From an uncultured delta proteobacterium (GTDB lineage Bacteria; Desulfobacterota; Desulfobacteria; Desulfobacterales; UBA2156), in the NCBI GenBank assembly GCA_963736855.1, contig CAVTQK010000015.1:608001-672000 (forward strand): a stretch of DNA of 64,000 nucleotides, written 5' to 3'. This document shows, in pieces, positions 1-9,710 of the stretch (position 1 is its first letter; the number at the start of each line of letters is the position of its first letter). The notes under the pieces were generated by a model that did no database searches, was not told the DNA's origin, and saw only the letters and a list, made by a program, of their open reading frames with translations. The translations under genes were made by a program, and so were the position numbers.

Positions 1-915
1 CTACCTGAAAAGCATTGGATGGATCAGTCCAGCCAGGACTTCCAATCCTTCCACCAGGCGTGGGGAGGCCCGATCCACCAGGTCGGAATCGATGAGGTGA
101 ATCCGGTTGTTTTTCACCGCCGGCATCTGGGGCCAGCGCTGCCACTCGGCCTTGATTTGATCAAAACTTGCCCCTCGGGTCATGCTGGTGATTATGAAAA
201 CCTCCGGAGACAGGGAAAGGATCTGTTCCCGACTGAATCTCGGATACGGGACGGGCCCCTGGGCCAGATTGATCCCCCCGGCAAGGATGATGAGTTCATG
301 AATGAAGGTATCGGTGCCTGCAGAAACGATGGGGGTGATTCCGATCTGGAAGAAAACAGTGGGTCTTTGGGTTGCTCCGGCGATTTTGGAGGTAATGATG
401 CGGGTTTTTTCCTCCATTTGTTTAACCAGGCTTCTTGCTTTTGGTATAACATCGAGAAGGTTTCCGATTTCCAGTATCGTCCCTGTCAAAGCGTGCAGGT
501 TCCGAGGATCCACGGCATAGACCGGAACTCCCAGGTGGTCGAGACGGTCGATGACTTCCTTGGGGTTGCCGTCTTTTACGGCGATGCACAGGTCCGGCTG
601 GATAGCCATGATCTTTTCCAGGTCCAGTTGCACGTAGGAGCCCACCTTAGGAAGGTTCTCGGCTTGAGGCGGGAAGTTGCTGAACCGGGTTACACCCTTG
701 AGACGGTCGCCGGCATCCAGCGCAAAGACAATCTCAGTAATGCTGGGCGCCAGTGCCACAACGCGGATGGGATGCTCCGGAACCCGAACCCTGCGACCCA
801 GTTGATCCACAACTTCTTTTGCCGAGACCGGAAAACTTGCAAGCAAAAGGACTCCCATCAGGATAAAGGGCAGCGTCGGCATCCATTTGTAACACATATG
901 ACGCCTCATGTTCAC
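1..915 (-). CDS. btuF: Cobalamin ABC transporter periplasmic binding protein (BtuF-like)
   Basis: Signal peptide, then DQLGRRVRVPEHPIRVVALAPSITEIVFAL and C-terminal DLVDRASPRLVEGLE typical of TroA-like Fe/B12 binding proteins; lies at the end of the cob cluster. Confidence 0.8.
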   Translation of the reverse strand: MNMRRHMCYKWMPTLPFILMGVLLLASFPVSAKEVVDQLGRRVRVPEHPIRVVALAPSITEIVFALDAGDRLKGVTRFSNFPPQAENLPKVGSYVQLDLEKIMAIQPDLCIAVKDGNPKEVIDRLDHLGVPVYAVDPRNLHALTGTILEIGNLLDVIPKARSLVKQMEEKTRIITSKIAGATQRPTVFFQIGITPIVSAGTDTFIHELIILAGGINLAQGPVPYPRFSREQILSLSPEVFIITSMTRGASFDQIKAEWQRWPQMPAVKNNRIHLIDSDLVDRASPRLVEGLEVLAGLIHPMLFR

Positions 916-1087
916 CTAACTTCTTAATAGCGATATGAAAGTCGATCCCCGGTGTTTGTAATCATTTTTCCTATCACCTCAGGCTTATATTAACAATGCC
1001 TCGAAAGGGACGGAACGAAATTTCGTTTGTTCCTTCGTGACCATTCGAAGCTCAATTGGCGCCTGGGTTCTTTGGTTTCAAATGGGT

Positions 1088-1579
1088 CTATTGGACTGAA
1101 AAAACCAGTTCCCGAAAGGAATAATTTCCCCGGCTGTCTGCAATCCGGATTTCGATCTTGTGATTGCCTTTGGGGATATCAGCTTCCGGGATATAAATCC
1201 CTTTTTCCGTCGCGTAGGGCCGGATACGATCGGTGATATCGATAGAAATAATTTTCCTGTAAAGTACTTTCAAGGTTTCAAGATCCACGGCGGAATCCGG
1301 CCGCGTTTCAAAATGCAGGTCCACCATCAGGGGCGCCCGGTAGCTTTCTCCATCCTTGGGATTGTTGACGATGATCATCGGTCCTTTCATAGGATCCACC
1401 TGTGAAATTTGGCTGCCGGGGGCTTTCATCGGCGCATCTTCCATGGCCGCCTCTTTCTCGGTGATCAGAAGTACTGCCATGCCGGCATGGGCCCAAGGCA
1501 GAAACACGGCAAACCAGACCCATACCCAAATCAACCGCCAAACCGTTTTAAAGTCGTCGTGTTTTCTGAGCTTTTCCAT
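1088..1579 (-). CDS. Exported hypothetical protein, probable beta-sandwich fold
   Basis: 163-aa ORF with N-terminal hydrophobic segment ending AHA; co-oriented with cob genes. Confidence 0.6.
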   Translation of the reverse strand: MEKLRKHDDFKTVWRLIWVWVWFAVFLPWAHAGMAVLLITEKEAAMEDAPMKAPGSQISQVDPMKGPMIIVNNPKDGESYRAPLMVDLHFETRPDSAVDLETLKVLYRKIISIDITDRIRPYATEKGIYIPEADIPKGNHKIEIRIADSRGNYSFRELVFSVQ

Positions 1580-1613
1580 CGTTTTCTCCCTTGATGTCGG
1601 AACCGCCCGACCG

Positions 1614-2703
1614 CTAGAAACCCTCCTTCATCAGGTAATCCAGCATATGTCGGGCACATTTTCGGTTGTATGGCCGGGTTTTTATGGAAATGCGCACATA
1701 TTGATCCGAAAGCCCCAAAAAATTCTTGCAGTTGCGAATCAGAATCCGGTGCCGCGCCAAGTGGCTGCAGATCCGGGTGGCTTCATGACGCTTGGCAAGA
1801 CGTCCGATTATAAAGGCGGTCTGGCTCAAAAAGAAGCGGATTTCTTCAATGGGATCAAACTGCTTCAAGAACCATGCCTTTTCCTTTTGTAGGAAGCGCC
1901 TGCTTTTTTCAATGAATTTTTGGGATAATTCCGGATGGTTCATCAGGAATAAGACGGCGGACTGAGATAAAGTGTTGGCGCTCCAGGGTACAAGCCTCCG
2001 GTAAACCGCCTTTTTCAGCCGGGAGTGGAAAAACATCAATCCCGCACGGAGGCCGGGGATTGAGAAGATCTTGGAGAGAGAATATAGAACGACCCGGTTT
2101 GGAGCGTTGAAAGGGATGAGGCTTTGGGTTTCACCGCCTTCCACGAAGGGCAGATACGATTCGTCGATGATAAAACGGGTTTTCGGAAAATCGGAAAGAA
2201 GGGATTCCACCTCTTTTTTAGGGATGAGGGTTCCTGTGGGATTGTTGGGATTGCAGATAAAGACCGCATCGAAGCAAGGCGCCATGAACTGGATTCGCGA
2301 CACGTTCGGGATAAAGGCGTCTGTTGCGTGTCCGATGAGATGATGAACTTCGGCCCCATGCCGGAGGCAGGCGTCCTCATAGTCGGCGTAGGTTGGGCCG
2401 AGAATCAGGGCTTTCCGGATGCCCAGTATTCCCGGAAGGGCGTAAATGAACTCGGTGGTGCCGTTTCCGGCGACGATGCCGTCAGCATCGATCCCGAACC
2501 GTGCGGCAGCAGAAACAGCCAACGCCCTGGCATCGACTTCAGGAAGTGCGGAGATGGACCGGAGGGCTTCCTGAAGATGCGCCATCAGTTCCGGCATCGG
2601 CCCAAGGGGATTGATATTACTGCTCATATCCAGGATCTCTCCGGGAGGCGCATCCGATTTGCCGGGCCAAGGAATGAATGTTGCCTCCGTGTCCGACGAT
2701 CAT
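1614..2703 (-). CDS. cobD: L-threonine-O-3-phosphate decarboxylase (CobD-type PLP enzyme), apparent frameshift near 2640
   Basis: MIVGHGGNI start at 2703 overlaps the cobS stop (ATGA); continues in another frame as DMSSNINPLG, CNPNNPTG, DESY, SLSKIFSIPGLRAG. Confidence 0.85.
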
Positions 2704-3428
2704 CCGAGATCTCCCATGGAAAGGATGCAAAAGAGCCCGGATTCCATGATTTCCACCATGGCGCCCATCATATCCCCGGTAATACAGCCCATCCGCCTGC
2801 GGTAAAAGAACACCAGCGCCGAGCCGATGCAAAGAAAGGCGCTGTTAACCCAGAAGGCCCGGTCACCCAGCTGCAGGGAGGCGATGACCGGAATCAGAAC
2901 CCCCGAAAGGATCCATGGCCGCAGAGGTTTTTCAAAAAGAAAGGTTCCTGTTCCGCCTTCCGGGCGACCGTAGGGCAGAAGAAATAGGGCCGGAATGATT
3001 ACGGCCCTGGCATAGGCCGGGACGATAAAAAGACAAAGGTTGCGATGCATCTCCAAACCCATCAGGCCCGACCATTTGATCAGGAGCGCACAGATCGTTA
3101 CCACAAGGCCCATGGCGCCGACCCGGCTATCCTTCATGATGGTCAGCGCCTTTTCCCTTTCCCGGTGTGCCAGAAGACCGTCTGCGGTATCGGCCAGTCC
3201 GTCCAGATGCAGCGCACCCGTGACCAGAGCCAGGAGGGCCACATCAAGGGATGCGGCGGTAACAGCGGATCCGAAATGTAAAAAAAGAAGGTCGAAGAAG
3301 ACCAGCACACCCCCGATCACGAAGCCGGCCACGGGAAAAAAGAACACCAGCTTTTCGGGATCGGTCTCTCGGGGCTTTCCGAGGGGCAATAACGTTAGAA
3401 ACTGCAGTGCGGCAATCAGGGGTGTCAT
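2700..3428 (-). CDS. cobS: Adenosylcobinamide-GDP ribazoletransferase (cobalamin synthase)
   Basis: ALQFLTLLP, TGALHLDGLADTADG, IMKDSRVGAMG, GCITGDMMGA; start MTPL at 3428 overlaps the cobU stop. Confidence 0.95.
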   Translation of the reverse strand: MTPLIAALQFLTLLPLGKPRETDPEKLVFFFPVAGFVIGGVLVFFDLLFLHFGSAVTAASLDVALLALVTGALHLDGLADTADGLLAHREREKALTIMKDSRVGAMGLVVTICALLIKWSGLMGLEMHRNLCLFIVPAYARAVIIPALFLLPYGRPEGGTGTFLFEKPLRPWILSGVLIPVIASLQLGDRAFWVNSAFLCIGSALVFFYRRRMGCITGDMMGAMVEIMESGLFCILSMGDLG

Positions 3429-3961
3429 AGGGCATCCGGCGACTTGACGGGGACCGGAATGCCAGCCACCATCCATAAAACACGGGAGCAGGCGGCCGCC
3501 GCCTGCTGATTGATCCGGCCTGCCACATCCCTGAAGCGCCGGGCTAAGGGGTTTTCCGGAACGATGCCGGTTCCAACCTCGTTGGTGACAAAAATGAGAG
3601 GGCATTGCGCCGTTTCAATGGCTTCGGTAAGCGTTTCGACGTACCGATCGATCTCAGCCTCGTCTTGGGTTTGGCAGAGGAGGTTATTCACCCACAGGGT
3701 GAGGCAGTCCACCAGGATCATCTCTGCCCATCGGCTCGATTCCAAAACTGCTTCCGCGATGTATAGGGGGACTTCAAGGGTTTTCCAGGATGGGCCTCTT
3801 TCGCGTCGGTGATGAGCCACACGATCCCGCATCTCCTCGTCGGTGGGGATGCAGGTCGCCACGAAGGCTTTCTCCCCCGAGGTGCGTTTTTCAGCCATTT
3901 TCAGGGCAAAGCGGCTTTTTCCGCTCCGGGCGCCCCCGATGATCAGAGTCGCGTCTTTCAT
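3425..3961 (-). CDS. cobU: Bifunctional adenosylcobinamide kinase / phosphate guanylyltransferase
   Basis: GGARSGKS P-loop, DCLTLWVNN, VTNEVGTGIVP, RFRDVAGRINQ. Confidence 0.95.
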   Translation of the reverse strand: MKDATLIIGGARSGKSRFALKMAEKRTSGEKAFVATCIPTDEEMRDRVAHHRRERGPSWKTLEVPLYIAEAVLESSRWAEMILVDCLTLWVNNLLCQTQDEAEIDRYVETLTEAIETAQCPLIFVTNEVGTGIVPENPLARRFRDVAGRINQQAAAACSRVLWMVAGIPVPVKSPDAL

Positions 3962-5481
3962 TTCAAGTTTTGATTCAAAGGGTTCACGAAAATGGATGAT
4001 AAACGATCCATGTCCACATGCCGTTGAAAATGCTCAGCCAAGAGATCGTATTGTTTGTCTCTTGCGTCCGGCCCGGCTTTTTCGGGGACTTTCAGATGCG
4101 AAAGCCCCAGGGTTTTAAGCCACCGTCTGGTGATTTCCGGGGTATCGAAGAGCCCGTGGATATAGGTTCCCAGGATTCGATGGTCGTTGGACGCACATCC
4201 GTCTTCATCATGACAGGTACGGTCATTTCGCGCATAGATTCTGAAGAGGGCTTTTCCCCCAAGCCGCCGGGTTTTTCCCATATGGATCTCATATCCGAAG
4301 GCCTCGGCGTCTTTCCAGCAAAACCGGGTGCGCGTTGTTTGTTTAAAGGTCCGAAGATGAGTTTCGACGGGAAGGAAGGATAATCCTCGAGTCGATCCCG
4401 ATTTGCCTTCCAGCCCCTTTTCATCACGGATGTTTTGACCCAGTATCTGATATCCGCCGCAGATCCCGAGCAGGTGGCCGCCGGCTTTCACATAGGAGCA
4501 AAGAGCTTCACGGAATCCGGTTTCGTATATCCATCCCAGATCGCTTCGGGTGTTCTTGGACCCCGGTAAGATGACGGCTCGAAACGAAGAGAGATCTTGC
4601 GCTTTTTCAATGAAAAAAACATTCAGGCCGCGGATGTCAAAAAGGGGCTCAAAATCGGTGAAGTTAGAAATATGGGGGACACGGATCACGGCGATGGAAG
4701 CCTGTTTGGAGGATTTCCGTGATGTTGGTCTGGGATTTTCGAGCACCACCGAATCTTCCGCATCGATGCGGATTCCATCGTACCAAGGGAGCACCCCGAG
4801 GACCCGTTTTCGGGTCCTTTTTTGAATCCATGCCACGCCCTCGGAAAAAAGGTCCGGATCTCCACGAAACCGATTGATGAGGATTCCGGCGATGCGGTTT
4901 CTGTGCTCTCGGGAGAGGCATTCCAAGGTTCCCACGATTTGCGCAAATACCCCGCCCTTGTGGATGTCGGCCACTAAAATCACCGGGGCGTCGGCGATTT
5001 CCGCAATCTTAAAATTAACGATATCGCGGTCCATCAGGTTGACCTCGGCACAGGATCCGGCACCTTCGATGAGCACACCGTCGTAATGCGTTCGCAGTCG
5101 GTTCAGTGCTGACTTGGCTTTATCGAAGAGGGCCTTGTTGTGCCGGTAGTACCGGCGTGCGGAAAGGGTACCGACGGCCTTTCCCATGAGCACCACCTGG
5201 GAACCGGTTTCACCGGTGGGTTTCAATAGAATGGGATTCATGTCCACGTGAGGAGGGATGCGGGCCGCTTCGGCCTGGACGATCTGAGCGCGGCCCATCT
5301 CCAGGCCTTCGGGTGTGACACCGGAATTATTCGACATGTTCTGGGACTTGAAAGGCGCCACGCGGATTCCGCTATTGACGAAAAACCGGGCCAGCGCTGT
5401 GACGACAATACTCTTTCCCACTTCAGAGCCTGTCCCGAAAACGGCAAGACAGGATGCTTTGTTCTCATTTTTCGATGCCAA
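3958..5481 (-). CDS. cobQ: Cobyric acid synthase
   Basis: GTGSEVGKS, PFKSQNMSNNS, EGAGSCAEVNL, ISNFTDF, GICGGYQ, GTYIHGLFD. Confidence 0.96.
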   Translation of the reverse strand: MASKNENKASCLAVFGTGSEVGKSIVVTALARFFVNSGIRVAPFKSQNMSNNSGVTPEGLEMGRAQIVQAEAARIPPHVDMNPILLKPTGETGSQVVLMGKAVGTLSARRYYRHNKALFDKAKSALNRLRTHYDGVLIEGAGSCAEVNLMDRDIVNFKIAEIADAPVILVADIHKGGVFAQIVGTLECLSREHRNRIAGILINRFRGDPDLFSEGVAWIQKRTRKRVLGVLPWYDGIRIDAEDSVVLENPRPTSRKSSKQASIAVIRVPHISNFTDFEPLFDIRGLNVFFIEKAQDLSSFRAVILPGSKNTRSDLGWIYETGFREALCSYVKAGGHLLGICGGYQILGQNIRDEKGLEGKSGSTRGLSFLPVETHLRTFKQTTRTRFCWKDAEAFGYEIHMGKTRRLGGKALFRIYARNDRTCHDEDGCASNDHRILGTYIHGLFDTPEITRRWLKTLGLSHLKVPEKAGPDARDKQYDLLAEHFQRHVDMDRLSSIFVNPLNQNLK

Positions 5482-5977
5482 GTCGGGCTCTGACCCCTTT
5501 ATCGAAGTAATGCTTGATGGATCTTCATTTCGGTGACGAGGTCTGCGGCGTCGATGATCCGGCGGGAGGCATGTCTTCCGGTGATGACCAGTTCGACATC
5601 ATCAGGCTTGGCCTCGATGACGTCCAGAATGTCTTGGACCGTGATGAGGCCCAATTTTGCCGCCACGTTGGCTTCTTCCAGGATGATCATTGATAGTCGG
5701 CCGCCGCCATGACCTCACGAATCCGGGCAAGCCCTTTTGCGCCGCAGCGATATTCTTCGGAGAAGGGGGCCCTCCACGAAACGTCCCAGACCGAATTGCT
5801 CCACTGAATTTGGTCCGAAAATCGGTCGAGCGCCTTGATTTCGCTGTAGTCTCCGAGTTTGATGAACTGTCCGATGAAGACTTTCAGGCCCGCACCGACA
5901 GCCCGTAACGCCAGTCCCAGGGCGGCGGTGGTCTTTCCTTTTCCGTTTCCCGTGTAGACCTGAACATATCCTCGCAT
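5465..5977 (-). CDS. cobO: Cob(I)yrinic acid a,c-diamide adenosyltransferase (BtuR/CobO), split by several apparent frameshifts
   Basis: VYTGNGKGKTTAALGLALRA, ELVITGR, ADLVTEM and C-terminal KHYFDKGVRARLGIEK found in different frames. Confidence 0.88.
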
Positions 5978-6027
5978 TTCGAATTCTTCCTTGGTCGTCG
6001 ATTAGAAAAAGTGAAAGCGGATTCCTT

Positions 6028-6930
6028 TCAATGTCCAAAAGTCTGAGCGTCGTTTTTGAAAATTCGATCGATGGTTTCTTTAAGGCTCTCCTGCCACGGC
6101 CGAGGCACGATTCCCCAGTGTCGCCGGATCAGGGAGCAATCTAAGACGCTGTATTTGGGCCGTATCGCCGGCGTCGGATATTCCTCGGTGGATATCGGGT
6201 GTAATCTTGCCACCTTCAGAGGAGCGTATTTCCTGGCCAACTCGAATACGGTTTCAGCGAACCGATGCCATGTGGTAACGCCATGGCCGGAAAAATGATA
6301 GATTCCCCACTTGAGGGTCTTTTCCTTATGGATGAGTCTGATGATTTCAAGGACAGCTTTGGCCAGATCGGCGGCACAGGTGGGAGAACCGTATTGATCG
6401 GCAACCACGCGCAGTTCCTCTTTTTCTTTCCCCAGGCGGAGCATGGTCTTAACGAAATTATGCCCGAACGGGCTGTAGAGCCATGCAGTGCGAATGATGA
6501 CATGGGAATCTAAAATGGAGCGAACTTTTTTCTCTCCTTCCTCTTTGCTCCGGCCGTAAACGCCCAGAGGGTTGACGGGATCGGACTCCCGGTATGGAGT
6601 CTTGGCTTTCCCGTCAAAAACATAATCGGTGGAGATGTGAATCAGGGGGGTGTTCAAACCTTTACAGATCCGGGCCAGTATTTCAGGACCCTGGCTGTTG
6701 ACGGCAAAAGCCATTTTTGCGTCGGATTCCGCCTGGTCCACGTTGGTGTAAGCCGCCGCATTGATGACGACGGAGGGTCGGATACTTTTCAGAAATTTTT
6801 CCGCTGAAAAAGCGTCTGTGATGTCCACTTCGGGTAAGTCGGCCGCCACCGCATCCATGCAACGGGATCGGGCCGAGTCCGCCAGTTCATATCCCAGTTG
6901 TCCTTTTGATCCGATGATGGCAATCGTCAT
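6028..6930 (-). CDS. rfbD: dTDP-4-dehydrorhamnose reductase
   Basis: GSKGQLG, NAAAYTNVDQAE, HISTDYVFDG, YGRSKEEGE, DQYGSPT. Confidence 0.96.
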   Translation of the reverse strand: MTIAIIGSKGQLGYELADSARSRCMDAVAADLPEVDITDAFSAEKFLKSIRPSVVINAAAYTNVDQAESDAKMAFAVNSQGPEILARICKGLNTPLIHISTDYVFDGKAKTPYRESDPVNPLGVYGRSKEEGEKKVRSILDSHVIIRTAWLYSPFGHNFVKTMLRLGKEKEELRVVADQYGSPTCAADLAKAVLEIIRLIHKEKTLKWGIYHFSGHGVTTWHRFAETVFELARKYAPLKVARLHPISTEEYPTPAIRPKYSVLDCSLIRRHWGIVPRPWQESLKETIDRIFKNDAQTFGH

Positions 6931-7490
6931 GATGCATCTTTCAGCAGAGGAAGGGTTTCTTTGGGTATTTGTGAAAGAATGGGGTAATGGCTGTCTTTTT
7001 CAGAGATCAGCGGGTTCTTAACCGGCCAATCGATTCCCAGGTCAGGATCGGACCATAAGATACCCCCCTCGTCATTGGGGGCATAAAAAGCCGAGCATTT
7101 GTAAGAAAAAAACGCAGTTTCACTGAGAACACAAAAGCCGTGGGCGAAGCCTTCCGGAATGAAGAACTGTTTTTTGTTTTCCCCGGAAAGGAAGACACCG
7201 AGCCATTTTCCGAAGGATGGAGATCCCGGTCGAATGTCCACCGCCACATCGTAGATCTCCCCAGAGATCACCTGGACCAGTTTTGCCTGGGGATGCCGAC
7301 TCTGATAGTGCAGGCCCCTCAGGGTACTCTGAGTTGATTTGGAAAGGTTGTCCTGCACGAACACCGTTTGGATGCCGTATTCCTGGTACCGTTTTTGGTG
7401 ATAGGTTTCCATGAAAAAGCCTCGATGGTCTGAAAAGACATCCGGCTCGATGATCAGGGCGCCGTCAAGCGCCGTTGAAAAAATGTTCAT
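6927..7490 (-). CDS. rfbC: dTDP-4-dehydrorhamnose 3,5-epimerase
   Basis: DHRGFFMETY, FVQDNLS, LRGLHYQ, IPEGFAHGF. Confidence 0.96.
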   Translation of the reverse strand: MNIFSTALDGALIIEPDVFSDHRGFFMETYHQKRYQEYGIQTVFVQDNLSKSTQSTLRGLHYQSRHPQAKLVQVISGEIYDVAVDIRPGSPSFGKWLGVFLSGENKKQFFIPEGFAHGFCVLSETAFFSYKCSAFYAPNDEGGILWSDPDLGIDWPVKNPLISEKDSHYPILSQIPKETLPLLKDAS

Positions 7491-7713
7491 GGTACCGTTT
7501 TTCTCCCTTGAAGAATTTCAATTAGAATCCGGATCCATCGGCCATACCTTTTTTGAGGATGATTTATCAACTGCTTTAAGATGACTCAAAGGGCGCTCAT
7601 GTTACGGGAAAAGAGCACCGGTTCCATTTTCACGGATTTTTCCAGGCGATCTAAAGACAGGAGTTTGATTTTGACAAATCAGGATGATAAAAACCTAATA
7701 GTTTTTCAAAGAA

Positions 7714-7868
7714 TGATGAACTCGTAAAAAGTCGAAAATCAGATGGCAAAGTAAAAAGTTCAAGTTCAAGGCGTCGCGAATCCCGTGTGATGAGGCGTAC
7801 TTATCGTACGTCGAAATCGCAACGGGATGAAGCGCAACGCAGAAATTGGACTTTTTACGAAGCCATCA
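7714..7868. mobile_element. MITE-like element, ~155-bp family, copy 1
   Basis: Imperfect TIRs TGATGAACTCGTAAAAAGT ... ACTTTTTACGAAGCCATCA; interior nearly identical to 8600-8752 and related (inverted) to 55860 and 60685. Confidence 0.8.
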
Positions 7869-7909
7869 AAGAATGTTTATCGCATTTTAATGGACAGGAA
7901 ACGCATTTC

Positions 7910-8473
7910 ATGTTCGATTGGCATACGTTATGGGTCGGCCTTCTCATTTTTGTAGCACGGGTGGGAGATGTCTCCATCGGAACTATCCGCACCATCGTTA
8001 CGGTCCAGGGAAGGAGTGTCGTTGCATTTTTCCTGGGGATCTTTGAACTGCTTATCTGGATCACCGTGGTCAGCACCGTGATCCACCAGATTAAGGACCA
8101 ACCGCTTCTGGCGCTTTTTTATGCATTCGGGTATGCCACGGGAAACGTGGTCGGCATTGCGGTAGAGCGGCGCCTGGCTCTCGGGATCGTCGTTTTGCGC
8201 GTTATTACCCGGACCGTGGGGAAACAGTTGGCCGACCGGATCCGGGATTTGGGACAGCCCGTCACCATCTTTCGGGGAGAGGGGAGAGACGGCCCTGTGG
8301 ACGAATTGTATATTGCCTGCCGGAGAAGAAATCTCGTCAAAATTCTGGATATCGTTCGTAAAGAGGATCCGGAAGCCTTCTATGTGACGGAGATGGCGAG
8401 GGACGTGCGAAAAACCGTAGGCCCGCCGATATTTTCGCCAACCGGATGGCGAGCTGTCCTGAAAAAGAAATGA
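7910..8473 (+). CDS. DUF2179/DUF5698 (UPF0316-like) membrane protein
   Basis: IFVARVGDVSIGTIRTI, AFGYATGNVVGI, GEGRDG; the upstream ORF extension lies inside the MITE, so ATG 7910 is preferred. Confidence 0.8.
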   Translation: MFDWHTLWVGLLIFVARVGDVSIGTIRTIVTVQGRSVVAFFLGIFELLIWITVVSTVIHQIKDQPLLALFYAFGYATGNVVGIAVERRLALGIVVLRVITRTVGKQLADRIRDLGQPVTIFRGEGRDGPVDELYIACRRRNLVKILDIVRKEDPEAFYVTEMARDVRKTVGPPIFSPTGWRAVLKKK

Positions 8474-8599
8474 TCCGCGCCTCCCTCTATTAATCACGTT
8501 TAATTCCGGTATAACACTGAGGTATTAATTAAAATAAGTAAAAACGATCTAATTTTGTAACGTGATTTTAATTGACAAATTTTTATCCCATGTATAAAA

Positions 8600-8752
8600 T
8601 GATGATCTCATTAAAAGATCGAAAATCAGATCAAAGTAAAAAGTTCAAGTTCAAGGCGTCGCGAATCCCGTGTGATGAGGCGTACTTATCGTACGTCGAA
8701 ATCGCAACGGGATGAAGCGCAACGCAGAAATTGGCTTTTTACGAAGCCATCA
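8600..8752. mobile_element. MITE-like element, copy 2 (degenerate left end)
   Basis: Core AAGTTCAAGTTCAAGGCGTCGCGAATCCC...GCAGAAATTGG matches copy 1; ends TTTTTACGAAGCCATCA. Confidence 0.8.
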
Positions 8753-8849
8753 TAAAAATAAGTCTATCCATTTGATCCACAGATCTTGGGCCGATGGAAG
8801 GACGCCCAAGGCCGAGAGGGCCACTTATCAATCAATAAGGAGGGAAAAG

Positions 8850-9644
8850 ATGAGAATTCTGATCATTTTTCTGACACTGTTGGTCAGTGCGGCTCCGGCT
8901 TTGGGACAGTCGATGACACTGGTAACTCTCGGAGACAGCCTTACCGCCGGAGACGGGGATGAGGTGGGGGGTGGGTATCCGGTCAGGCTTCTGGCAAGGC
9001 TTCAAATCACTTATCCCGGCTCGACACTCAACAATGTGGCGATATCGGGATTTACTTCGGCGGATCTGATTAATACTCAGCTAGGTCCGGCGGTGGATTT
9101 CCTGAACACTGCTCCGGCCGGCAACGTGCGAATGGCGATCGTCTGGGTCGGCAGTAACGATTTATTCGGTCTCTACAATTATGTTTGCGATTTTGATTAC
9201 GGAAACGACTATTCGTTATGCGAAACCTATGATCTGCAGAATTTTACGAACAACATCGCGACTATTTTAGACTCGTTGCAGGCAACCGGTGCAAGAACCT
9301 ATATCGCCTTGCTTGATGATCAGTCCCGGAGACCGTTCATGACCGATCCGGCCAGGCGTTTCGCAAGCTATGAGCGGATCAGCGACGTTGATCTTTCTCG
9401 GATGGCCCTTCAAGTCAGAAATTACAACAACTCAATTTTAGCCGCGGCGTTAGTTCGCGGTGTCGGCGTTGCCGATTTTTTCAATACCATCATTTTTGAA
9501 GATTGGGCCACGTTGAGTGAAGATGGAAATCATCCCAATGCAGCAGGCTATGATGTCATCACCGAGATCTGGTATCAAGTCGTCACAGCCAGCGGAACAG
9601 CGAAAACGGTCTCGGGTGTCAATTTAAAACCTCCTCGAAAATAA
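8850..9644 (+). CDS. Secreted SGNH/GDSL hydrolase
   Basis: Signal peptide, LGDSLT block I, GSND block III, DGNHPN block V; AGGAGG RBS upstream of ATG 8850. Confidence 0.88.
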   Translation: MRILIIFLTLLVSAAPALGQSMTLVTLGDSLTAGDGDEVGGGYPVRLLARLQITYPGSTLNNVAISGFTSADLINTQLGPAVDFLNTAPAGNVRMAIVWVGSNDLFGLYNYVCDFDYGNDYSLCETYDLQNFTNNIATILDSLQATGARTYIALLDDQSRRPFMTDPARRFASYERISDVDLSRMALQVRNYNNSILAAALVRGVGVADFFNTIIFEDWATLSEDGNHPNAAGYDVITEIWYQVVTASGTAKTVSGVNLKPPRK

Positions 9645-9710
9645 AAAATGGAGGGTTAAGAAAGTTTCTAACATTTTGGGCCTAAACGGATTGAGTCAGA
9701 AGATCCCACT

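Noticed and set aside
19..927. Long antisense ORFs opposite btuF, cobD, the kinase, wza and ppdK
   Set aside because: Shadow frames of well-supported genes with no recognisable motifs.
916..1087. Cobalamin riboswitch upstream of btuF
   Set aside because: No recognisable B12-box or conserved core seen by eye.
7787..7909. N-terminal ORF extensions (7787, 8712) and small ORFs at 55846, 60548, 60683
   Set aside because: They are translations of MITE sequence; better starts lie downstream.
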